DNA of 64,000 nucleotides, from NCBI GenBank assembly GCA_043228905.1, contig JBHGNT010000002.1, positions 14,446,001 through 14,510,000 on the forward strand, given 5' to 3'. Below are positions 23,327 to 35,083 of the stretch, in pieces. Numbering within the stretch: the first letter of the stretch is position 1; each line of letters opens with the position of its first letter. This stretch comes from Azolla caroliniana (taxonomy: Eukaryota > Plantae > Polypodiophyta). The position numbers were made by a program, and so were the translations under genes. Under the pieces are notes generated by a model that saw nothing but the letters and a program-made list of their open reading frames with translations, was not told the origin of the DNA and ran no database searches.

Positions 23327-26300
23327 TCAACACTCCCCTTCAAGCTCAACTTGAGGCTCTTCGGGATCTTCGGGCTCACATCTCTGGTTCCTCCTGGCTT
23401 TACGCCTCGCTCGCGCTCCTCGACCTGTTCGACTCCGTGCGCTTCGACCCTTCCGGTCGGCTTGTCTGCTCATGGGGCCCTTATCAGCTCTTCTGTTGTT
23501 GCGGTGTTGACACTTCTCCTGCTGCCTTTTCTTCCGCCCGGGCCTCGGTTGATTCAACGTATCTGAATCAAACATCCGAACTAACTCGGCTACCTCCGAT
23601 CGGTTTTCGCTCTCGTCCGAGTTGGCTGTCTCCAACTCGTCTTCGGTCTTCTCGCCCTCGATGGCGTCATCTCCCCCATGCGTGGTTGGCTTCGGCTCTC
23701 TCCTTTGGCTGCTCCACTTTTGTCCGCTTCCGAACTTCTCTGCGGGTCCGTCCTCGGCTTCTTCAGCCGATCCGAAGTCGAACTTGACAACCGACTCGAT
23801 GTCGCGGTCTCCGCTCCTTTCCTGTTGCCTTGCTTGGTCGTTCGGGACTATTCTCCCCCTCAAGTTCGGCACGTCAAGGGGATGCAATCCGAGCGCACCT
23901 GAGAATTGCCGCAACTTGTCCAGACCAAGAGGCTTGGTGAAGATGTCGGCAGTCTGCCGATCCGTCGGAACGTACTGAAGTTCGACTTCACCGGAAAGGA
24001 CACGCTCACGGACGAAATGGTAGTGCACCTCAATGTGCTTGGTCCATGCGTGGAAAATGGGGTTTTTCGCGAGCTGGATGCTGCTGAGGTTGTCGCAGTA
24101 GATTGTCGTCGGATCTGACACCTCCTCTTGCAGGTCCTTAAGTAGCCACTTCAACCATATGGCTTCGCATGTCGCGACAGCCGCTCCTCGGTACTCAGCT
24201 TCGGTGCTCGACAGTGCAACTGTGGGCTGCTTCTTACTGCTCCACGCGATCGCGGCACTCCCAAGGGAGAACGCGTATCCAGACGTGGATCGATGATCGG
24301 CGGCATTGCCAGCCCAATCAGCATCGGTGTAGCCGACTAACTGCTCGGCTGCACCGGTCCGATATAGCAGTCCACGGTCCTTAGTGCCGTTGACATATTG
24401 AAGTATGTGTTGTGCACACTGAAGGTGCTCCTCGGTAGGTCGCGCCATGAACTGACTGATCACTCCGACCGGATAACTGAGGTCGGGTCGGGTGATGGTC
24501 AAGTATATGAGGCTTCCGACAATTTGTCGGAACCTCCTCGGGTCGCATACCTTTCCCGTATCGGGACGAAGCTTGACGGTTCTGTCCAGAGGAGTCGAGA
24601 TGGACTTACAGTCGGCCATCCCGAGTTTGAAGAGCATACCCAACACATAATGACGTTGGCTGATCAATATGCCTTCAGGGGTATGGATCACTTCGATCCC
24701 GAGGAAGTAATGAAGGCCCCCGGATCCTTCATGTCGAACGATGCCGCAAGATGGAGCTTCACGCGGTCGATTTCACCTAGGTCGACGCCAGTGATGACCA
24801 AGTCATCAACATATAGTAAAATACTAACCGGTCCGAGTCGACCTTTCCGGATGAACAGGGAAGAGTCTGATTTTGACGTGACAAAGCCCATCCGACGCAG
24901 TTGTTGCGTGATCTTCGCGTTCCAAGCACGCGGGGCTTGCTTCAGTCCGTAAAGGGACTTCTTCAGTCGGCATACTGCCGAGGAGTTCGTTCCGGAGTGA
25001 AATCCGGGGGGCTGTACAATGTACACCTGTTCCTCAAGGTCACCTTACAGGAACACATTCTTTACATCCATTTGATGTAGGTGCCACCCCTTGTCCGCGG
25101 CTACTGCGAGCAAAACACGGACGGTCGTCATTTTCGCGACCGGCGCAAACGTCTGATCGTAGTCGATGCCGTGTTTCTGCGCGTAGCCCTTTGCCACTAG
25201 CCGAGCCTTGTACCGGTTGACCGAGCCATCGGTGTTGTACTTGACCTTGTACACCCACCTACACCCGATTGGTTTTACCCCTCTTGGTGCGTCAACCAGG
25301 TCCCAGGTCTCGTTCTCCGCCAATGCATGCATCTCTTCCTCCATTGCGGCACGCCAAGTCGCGTCTTTAGCCGCTTTTGCGTAGCTCTCCGGCTCACGCA
25401 CTTCCGCTACACGGGTCATGTACGCATAATGATGCGCCATGTACTCGTTGTATCCGAACTGCAAAATAAGGTTCTCCTGGCAGGTAGATCGACGTAATCT
25501 CGCATTAGCCGATGTCGAGGCCTTCTCGGTCGACGCGGACTTCACTTTTAAATACCTGTCACCGGTTCCCTCGGAGTCGGACTCGCGTCGGTCTGACTCG
25601 TTCCTATCCATGCCGGAATCCGACACCTTCTTCTTCCCTTTCTCTTTGCGCATAAACGGTCTCCTCGACTTCCTGCGCGGGGAATGCACGGCCGAGTCTC
25701 CACTACTCGCCGACTCTTCATCGGACTGGTCGTACCGACTCAGTCGTCCAATCGGTCCACTTAACCGGAGTGAAATCAGACTCTCTTTGCGGGTCTCGAT
25801 TTCGGGCTCATCCGGAGGCATCTCGGCCTCGCTGACCTCATTGTCAGAGCTCGGATTGGAGGCAGGGTTCGGAGTCGGGGGCAGGTACCAGGACGCGGAC
25901 TCGTCAAACACAACGTCGCGGCTCACACGCGCTTGTTTGGTGCAAGGGTTATAGCACTTGTAACCCTTTTGCTCGTCCGAATAATCGACCAAGATGCATT
26001 TCTCGGCCTTTGCGTCCAGCTTCCTCCTTTTCTCCTTCGGTACATGCACATACGCAATGCTACTGAACACCCTCAAGTGTTGCAAGTTCGGCTTCGTTCC
26101 GAAATACAGCTTGTGCGCCGACACTTTGTCTCCGATCCGGTTCTGGATGTATACCGCGGTCCTTACCGCCTCGGCCCAATAGAACTTGGGCAAGCTCTTT
26201 TCCTCCAACATTGCCCGTGCTGCTTCCACAACTGACCGATTCTTCCTCTCAGCCACGCCGTTCTGCTCCGGCGTGTATCTACAACTGAATTCACGCCGAA

Positions 26301-28152
26301 TTCCCATTTGTTGTAGATAACCGTTGAATTGACTGGAGAAGTACTCTTTCCCGCCATCCGACCGCAGGCACTTGATCTTTCGTCCCGTTTCTGTTTCCAC
26401 GAACCCTTTGAGGTCCTGAAAGCAGTCGAAGACTTCGCTCTTCCTCTCAATGAGGTAGATCCACGTGTGCCGCGTGTGGTCGTCGATGAAGGAGACGAAA
26501 TATCGGCTCCCGCCAAGACTAACGTTTTGTGTCGGCCCCCATACATCACAGTGTATAAGGTCGAGCTTGTTTTGGCTCCGGTTTCGCTCGTTTGGGAAAG
26601 GAAGTCGATGTTGTTTCCCGAGTTGGCAGGCTTCACAAATTTGTGCCTTTCGGCCACTAAATTTGGGCAATCCGAACACTACCTGTTTCGATTGCAGATC
26701 TTGAAGCCGCTGGTGGTTGACGTGGCCTATCCGCTTGTGCCACAAGTCGATGTCCGACTCGGATTTTTGTCCCTTCGTGAACATTGCGGTGCCGCCGTCA
26801 GTGGAGTCGAGGATGAACATCCTCCCGTCTCTGCGCCCTTGCGCAATCAGATGGCCTTCTTCCTCAATGAAGCACCCGAGGTGTGTAAACCGAACCTCCA
26901 TCCCTTGGTCGACGATCTGTCCGACCGAGACCAACTTCTTCGTGATTGTCAACACGTGCAACACATTCACGAGTTTCCCTTTCTGCCCGACATGGCTAAG
27001 GGGAACTTCTCCGACATTCGCGATCGGATGCGGAGTGTCATCTCCAGTTGCGACTACTCCAGGTTGTATCGGTTTTTCAAGGTACGAGAACCACTCCTTA
27101 TGGCTCGTCATGTGGTTTGACGCGCCGGAGTCTACGTACCACACCTCGTCCGATCTCGGGGTGCTCTGTTTCATTGAGTTTGCTTCGTGTCTCGTCACGA
27201 AGACAGACCCTTCTCCGGCTCTCCTGGAGTCTTTGGCGTAGTGCGATCGCTGCCGATTTCCCTTGTCGGTATGTCCGGAGCTGTTTCCGGAACCGGTTCT
27301 CTCCGAATCGGCGCGCTTCTTCCAACCCTCACTTTCCCTGTGCCCTTTCTTGCCACAGTACTAGCACTCTGCGATGGCTTTCCCTTGCCGGTTCTCATCG
27401 CTTCGACTCCCACTGTTTCCGGAGGGTCAGGAGTTGCTGTCGGCATCACTTCGGTGCCTTCTTCCTTGATCTCGTCGGCCGCCTCCATTGCGCCCCGACT
27501 CGCCTCGTCCTCCACGTCCACGGGGCCTATCTCCCTCCGTGTACAACATTCTGTTGTCGGCGTGCGTGCTTGTAGACGCACCCGCGTGGTTCTCCTCTAC
27601 CAGGAGCATTGACTGTAAGTCGAAAAAGGACGACGTATTCTCCCGGGTACACACAGCCGTTCGGAACGCTCCGAACTTCGACGCCAAACCTCCGAGACAG
27701 ATCTGGACCATCTCGTTCTCCTCGATGTTCACCTCTATGGAGGCGAGGGAGTCGCAGATATCCTTGATCTTCGAGGTATAGTCCACCACCGACAAGTCGC
27801 GTTGTCGTAGGTTGCTCAACTCCTGTCAGAGCTAAAGCTTCCTGGCTGAGGTGCTCGTGGCGAAAATCTTCTTCAGATTTTCCCACGCACCCTTCGGCGT
27901 CTTTGCATCCCGAACATAGCTCAATAGCTGTTTTCCCACACACGATGCGAAGAAGTATAATACCCTGCTCGCCGATTGCTCCCACGACGGGAAGTCTCTG
28001 TGTGTCGATTCGGGTGCCGCGTCATTAACTCCTTCGACATAACTCCAGTGGCTGTGCCTGAGCAGGTACTGGTGCATCTTGTAGGACCAAGACGCGTAGT
28101 TGGTTCTGTCGAGCTTCTCTGTTGGAAGCGAGCTCGCCATGCCTCTATCCAT
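23327..28152 (-). pseudogene. Copia G gag-pol polyprotein, broken by a few stops and frameshifts
   Basis: ORF track pieces: gag (KLDRTNYASW), WYVDSGASNHMT, LWHKRIGH, LRSDGGKEY, YKARLVAKGY, LYVDDLVITG, GYTDADWAG, ADIFTKPL. Confidence 0.95.
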
Positions 28153-29053
28153 CGTTATTGTCGTTCTTCTTCGTCAAGCTGTGTCGGCTGCAGAGAGGTT
28201 CTCAACCCTCGCGCTGTCGCGGTCTTCAGCGGGTACGTGTAGGAACAGAGGCGGGACCACGGGGGTCTCGAACCAAGGAGAGAGTGAGAGTGAGAACGAA
28301 GAAGATGGAGGAGAAGAGCAGGCGGGTGTGTATTCGTGTGTGTGTGTGTGTGTGTGAAAGACCGACTGCACAAGAGACGAGGGAGACAACAAGAGCAAGA
28401 AAGGACGAGACTGCTAGACTTCAATTAAACAGAGAATACAAACTGTCATTTACAACCGGCACGCCGGCAAGGGTCCCAACACGGGTCCCACTCACGCACC
28501 CACAGGAGCAGAATGTCACAGAAGAGGAGTGTCTTTGCCGGAAGCACACGGGCTGTCCACGGAGCAGAGACAGCGAACTCCCGACGGATCACGACCTCTG
28601 CGCCCAAATCCGCGACCTCGAAGCAGCAGCAGAACAGGGAGCCTCTGCCGGAAGCACTCGGGCTTCCCACGCAGCAGAAACGACGAATCCCCAGGCTCTG
28701 CAGCGTCCGACGATCTTCTCTCCAGGAAAGAAGAGCCTCTTCGCAGTTCGACAGTACTTCGTCCTCGCCAAGTCGCGATACCTTCTTCTTCCCCGTCCTC
28801 CTCCTTTTATATGTCCAGACGGAGCCGTTCGGCATTAAATTTCTACCTACCATATCTCACCACTTCGATCCTCCTAGGTACCTAATCCCTCTCTATGTAC
28901 AACTTGGCGCGCACGCGCGTGAAGAGCCGGTTCCCACGCCTTGGTGCCCCAATTCCACCCTTGGACGGTTTTCTTCACGACATCCGCCCCCACCTAACCG
29001 CGCATCCACCGGCATGCGCCAATTAAGTTGGGACGGAGAAAACCGGCCCGCCT

Positions 29054-32000
29054 TCACTCTTCGGCCATCGGTCCTTCCTCGGTCTCGGATCGGTCGTCGC
29101 TGCTGTCTAGGAGAACCGGGTCTGCTTTGATCCTCTTCCCAGCCACGGGTATCTCCATTCTCGTGCCGTCGAGTTCCGCCAGGTGATACGTTCCGTTGTC
29201 GTTGGCGCTTTGTACTGCGTACGGCCCAAACAATCTCCGCGCGAACTTCCGTGTAGCCCGGTGCTGGTTGTCGAGGCTGCTGTCGTAGACGAGCACCCAG
29301 TCACCTTCCTCGATCTTCTTCGGTCGGAGCCGGTGCGTACGGTCGAACCTGGCTTTGTTCTTTGTCCTCGCCACCCGGAGCTTCTCCGCAGCCAGCTTCA
29401 CGTCCTCCGGTCTCCGCTCGAGTTGTCGTATACGCGCGGCCAACAACTCCTCCCGGCTCATCTCGTCCCTCCAATCGACCGTTGCCCATGAGGAGATCGT
29501 CCGTTCCATCGGCATGATCGGCTTCTGGCCGAACATAAGCTCCGTCGGCATGTACCCGGTTACCGAACTGTGCGTAGTCCGGTCTGCCCACAAAGCATAA
29601 GGTAGCAGCCGCGGCCAGTTACCGACTTGGCCTCCGCATGCCCGAACCAACGCCTTGACGATCGGCCCGTGTCCGCGCTCCACCTTTCCATTCGCCTCCG
29701 GATTGTACGCAGTGGTGAGCGAGAGCTTGACTCCCAGCCGGTCGAACAGCTCCGCGGCTTCTTCGGCGTCCAACTCCCCTCGGTCAGCCACGATCTTCCC
29801 GACGCACCCGTACCGGCATATCACGTCCTCGATTAGGAACCGACATACGGCCGCGGTCGTTTTGTTCGGAAGGGCTCGGCCTTCCACCTGGTTCGTCAGA
29901 TCCTCCCGCGCTAGGACCAGGTACCGCATCTGTCCTACCCCCATTGGCATCGTCACCAGATCTACCATCCATTTGAAGTGGATGGTCGGAGGGTACGTAG
30001 GGTGAAGCTCGTCCCGGTATCGGACCACGGAGTGCATCTGACAGCTCTCGCAAGTTGTCACGAATCGATGCACGTCCCGGTACAGTCCCGGCCACCAGTA
30101 CTTCTCCTTTATCTTCTCGAACGTGGCCCAAGTTCCACGGTGTCCGGCCCAAGGGCTGTCGTGGTAGGCCGTCAGCAGCTCCTCCTGTTCTTCCTTCATC
30201 GCCACCACCCGGAGCAGAGCGCCGTCCCTCTTCTTCGGGTGCTTCCATAGATAGCCATCCCGGAGAAAGAACCGGTATGCTTTCTTCCGGATCCGGTTGG
30301 CCTCGTCTTTCGTCCATGACGCATCCGGCGCCATTATCCTCAAGAACCCGCCGATCTGCAGCCACTCCCCGTCGTACTTGCTCGCGTCGAAGTCGTTAAG
30401 CGCCGGAGTGCTCGTCCCGTCGGTTGTTACGTATGCTGCCTCGAAGAAGTCCACGCCGACCTCTTCGTCCTCCGAAACCATGCCGCCCTCGTCATCGAAC
30501 CTCGCCCTCGAAAGCATGTCGGCCATGGCGTTTTCTTTCCTGGAAATGTGTCGTATTTCCGGGTCCAGGGACTTGATGTACGCTATCCACCTGAGCATCG
30601 CCAGGTCCGGCGTCGCGCATCCGGAAACCATGCCGAGAATTGGCAGGCAATCCGTCTCGATAACCACTTCTGTCCCGATCAGATAGTCTTTGTCGGCCTT
30701 TACCGCCGAAACGATACCCCAGAGTTCGCGTTTAACCTGGGCGTATCCTCGCTGCCGCTCACTGAGGACTTTCGCGCCGAATCAGATCGGGAACCGATTG
30801 CCGTCCTCGTCTTGTTGGTTGACGACCCATCCGATCCCGGTCGGACTCGTATCCACCGTTATGTATACCGGGGTACCCTTCCCGTAAACAGCCTTCCGGA
30901 GCGCCGGTGCTGCTGCAAGAGCTTCCTTCAGCTTCCGGACCGACTCCGTATGCTCGTCTCGCCATTCGAATTTTTGCCCTTTCTTCAGCAGCCCGTATAG
31001 CGGCTCCGCAACGTGGGCGTAATGCGGGATCCATATGTGGTAGAATGCGCATGCCCCCAGGAATCTTCGTACTTCCGTGACCGAGCTGCAGTCGGGCTTC
31101 ATCGCGGAGATGGCTTCTACCTTTGCCGGAGACGGTTTCCGGCCATATGGCCCACATAAGTGTCCGACCACCATGATTTCCGATTGCCCGAAGGCTGATT
31201 TCTCCCCCGAGAAGGTGAGCCTCGCACCCTCTAGCCTTTGCAGCACCTTCTCGCAGTCGTCGATGTGCGTCGCCACGAATCGCCGGCATCCGTCCGGCCC
31301 GATCGTCTCGTCCTTCTCTGCTACCGGGCATCCCTTGATCAGGATGTTGTCCCGAAACGGCATGGTGATGTCCGGGATGCAGTCCCTCAGAACCTTGTTC
31401 ATCGCATTCACCATGTGGGCCACCGAGTTGGTCCCTCCTTGCGGCAGCGTACACATCCGCACTAGGCCGAGGGGAGTTCGCATCATCGTAATGTCTCTGC
31501 TCTCCACGGCTAGCTGGAACTGGTCGTACCCTGAGTATAGATCACCGACCGAGTAAATCGACCTTCCGGCGAAGGCCTCCCCGAACTCGTCTATGGTCGG
31601 TCCGATCCCTGCGTTCCGAATGGTCACCCTATTGACCGGTTGCAGGTCCTGAATGAAGCGCAATGATCCGTTGTCGTAGTGTATTTCGTACACTACGTGA
31701 AAAAGTAAAAAATAATATAAACGATTTAATTACATATAAATAAATAAAATAAGAATATCAAAATATTTATCACGTGCATAGGGTAGGATTCAAACCCTGT
31801 ACCTCCACGTAGCCAAACCTCAACTTTACCATTATGCTACCTTATCTTTAGTATTCTATAAATAGATTTAATAACTATAACTGCTTTATTTGCACCTACC
31901 TTTATTAAAAGGTAAATCGTGCATTTTTAGAGTGCGTGAATATTTTGTAGAAAAACGCAAGCAACTAAAAAGTGACTCATGCACATCTAGCGTGCATGAG

Positions 32001-33355
32001 CACTATATTTAGCAAATAAAAGCAAGGATTAGAAAAGCATCACATGCATATTTAGTGTGCATGAACATATTAGAAAAAAAGCATGTAGCTATGCTTAGTC
32101 TCTCCCATCACTACATAAGGATGGGGAGCACAATGTAATAGTGTGTGAAATATTTGGGAAATTGGATATATTTCCTAAAACACCAATTAATAAAATATAC
32201 TCGTGGGATTCACGAAGTTTAAGATAATCTATCTCTTTCAATCTAAATTCATATTCTTACATAAATATTGATTAATGTAATACTTGTGGGATTCACAAGG
32301 TTTGATCTCTTTTCTCAATCTACTCTAATCTATTCTAAATTATTTCAATTTATTACTACGATTTAGATAAACTAAAACAATTATACTTGTGGGATTCACA
32401 AGTTTCTATATCTCTTTCTTATAATCTATTCATATTCATAACTAGATTAGCCTCAAATTCTTCCTCCTCCTAGTCCAAAACCCCGGTGGTTCCCACCCGA
32501 CTCACGCAAACGATCCGGAGCCGAAAGGCACGACACCGTTTTTCTTTGGTACGGTAAACCATCGGTTTGAATACGGGGCGCTCGACGGCTCGAGAATGCC
32601 CATCTCAACTTTCTGCTTCAACAGCTCCATCAACTTCGGGATGTGAGCTCTCGGAACCGGAATTGGCTTGAGATTCCACGGTACATGCGGTACCGTGAAT
32701 ATCACCATCGGCTCTACGATCGTCGGGTCTATGCACCCGATTTCCTCCGGTGAGAATGCGAAGGCTTTCCCGTGCCTTCCGAGCATTCTCCGAAACCGGT
32801 CTTCCTCCGCCGGTAGTAGGAACCCGCCCCCATCGATTTTGAGCTCCCGGAGCGTCTCGTTGGTGAAGGTGTGTCCTATGCAGGCCGGATCTCGTAAGCT
32901 GGGGTCCGATGCAACCCCTTTGATTCGCGACTCGCTGCCCTCCGGTAAGGGTACCGCGACTGGCCTTACCTTCCGGTCCACAGTCTTGTACTTGGTGCTT
33001 ACTCGGGCCGTCCGATCCGACTCGAGCCCCCGACCAAAGTCCGCGATGACTTCGTACATCTCTTCGGAACATACCGGTATCGTCCGGTCTTCGTTAAGGT
33101 CTTCTTCGACTACCTTCCCCAGCATTCCCAAGGTGTCGTCGAAGGAGACCGCCTCCACGGCGCCACTGATTTCTTCGTCGGGGCCGAGGACTCCGCACGC
33201 CTTGAGTCGCTCCTCCCGTTTTCTCTCCTTGCCTCTAATCCTGGCTATGGTACAGCCTCCGTTTTCGGAGAACCAAAACCTCCTACCTATTGTACAAGTG
33301 TGGGGTTCGTCCGGGGTTCCCGGACTATCGCGGTCCCACGCCCTGATAGTCCTCT
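29054..33355 (-). pseudogene. Gypsy copy 1 pol (RT-RNaseH-integrase), interrupted by a solo LTR
   Basis: WFTVPKKNG|SLRFIQDLQPVN, DLYSGYDQ, LPQGGTNSV, catalytic FLDD mutated to FRDN, HDSPWAGHRG..CESC, YNPEANGKVER. Confidence 0.93.
31672..32535. mobile_element. AT-rich solo LTR (4-bp-TSD Gypsy type) inserted in the RT of Gypsy copy 1
   Basis: Termini TGTCGT...ACGACA. 4-bp TSD CCGT at 31668-31671 and 32536-32539. Removing it restores PKKNGSLRF. Confidence 0.85.
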
Positions 33356-34389
33356 CTAAAAATCCTCGCGGCCATCGCCGCTGAGGGTTTTCCGATTTCG
33401 CTCATGGTTTGGGCATACGGTCATGAACTGGATAGAGTGTCGTCCGTCCTGGCTCTTCACACGCGCGTACGCCGAACCGTTATCCAGCACCTTCGTCTCC
33501 ATGCGCGCTGCCGTGATATACGGTTCACCGAGAATCACCGGGTGTGAAGACGTCTCTTGCACGAAGAAGTGTTGATCGATTTCGACGTCGCCGATCTTTA
33601 CCCGTACGTTCGGGCACGCAAAATGCAGCTCTTCCGTAGCACGCGTCGCCGCCCGTATCTTCCACCCGTGCTTGGTGTTGATCGGCCACTTTCCCTTCCT
33701 GTAGAACTCCATGGACATCATGTTGATTTCGGACCCATGGTCTACCAGCGCCACCACCGGCTCCGGACTGTCGCCGATCCTCACAGGTGTTTCTGTAGTT
33801 GCCCTGGCCCAATGTGGCCTCGCATAGTGGCTCTCGGCCAACTCGTCCTTCAGGGCTGAATCTTCCAAGTGCGTCGTCCGCACTTCCACTGACCTCTCCA
33901 GATCCGGCTCCGTCGAGAGCCTCTTCCGCTTCACCAAGTCGACAATGGAGTCGTGGAACTCCCTTTTGGCGATTCCAAGCACCTCCCGCAACGACAGTTC
34001 CACTTTGCTGTCAAGGATTCGTTCCTCGAGGACCTTCCGTAGGTTCGTCGTCCTCTCGATCTCGGTGCTCAGCCGGAACCCGGCCTGCTTCTTCCCATCC
34101 GGCACGCTTGGGTTGCCGGCATTGTTCGGTTTCGGACCGAACCGGGTCTCGTACCACTTCGAGGGACCGACCCCTCCGGCTCTTCCCGCTTGTTTGTCCT
34201 CTACCAGAACCTCGTAGTTCTGGCATGCGGCTTCCACGAAGCCTGTTTTCTCTTCGACCGGATCGTCCCACCCGGTAACCTCCTGGACCCTTTGCTCCGC
34301 GCGGTCGGCCTCTTCTTTCTGTTGGGATTTTTCGGTCCCTCCGGATGGGATGTCCGGAGATGAATGACGGCAAGCCCGGTTACGGTTAC

Positions 34390-34600
34390 GGAACCGGATG
34401 AAGATACAGGTCCGGTGAGCGCACTCTCCGGATGATGAAGAATACCTGGTATGAAGCCGGATGAAGAGTACCCGGATACGGATCCGGATGATGAAGTACC
34501 CGGATACGGATCCGGATGATGAAGACCCCGGCTACGGAGCCGGATGACGAAGACCCGGCTACGGAGCCGGATGATGAATGTACCCGGAGAGAGATCCGGA
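34390..34600. repeat. Tandem repeats of about 24 bp (CCGGATGATGAAG.ACCCGG.TACGGA) in LTR U3; also at about 39238-39450
   Basis: Direct reading of the sequence, in both LTRs. Confidence 0.9.
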
Positions 34601-34756
34601 TGCGGGGACATATTTATAAATATGTTTGCCAAGAGCCCTTGAGGCTATATGTGTAAATAGTCCGAAAGTCATATGTGTATAAATATGACTTAGGGCAAAC
34701 AGTTTTTGTTGCTGATTATTTTTTCTGTTTTCACTTAGAGAGAGTGAAGAGAGCAG

Positions 34757-34789
<33 letters not shown>

Positions 34790-35083
34790 GAGGAGGTCGT
34801 TGCCTCTGTGTATTACCGCCGCCTGTGCCGAAGATAGTGAGCTTAAGGTTGTTGCCTTGAAGCTTCACCATTGTACATCTCTGTTCATAGTGATAGTTGG
34901 AGTTTGAGGACTCCCGTGGTTTTTCCCATTTAGGGTTTTCCACGTAAAATATCCTGTGTACTCTTCTCTCTACTGTCTTAGTGTACTTTGTATTTCCTAT
35001 TTTCTGTGAGTTAATCCTATTTGTCGGTTGTGGCCGAGCACTGTGTGCAACAAAGTAGTATCAGAGCGACGGTAACACAGAAA

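Noticed and set aside
32197-32402. CRISPR-like look of spaced palindromic repeats
   Set aside because: Eukaryotic LTR context, only three units, unequal spacers that resemble each other, and no cas genes.
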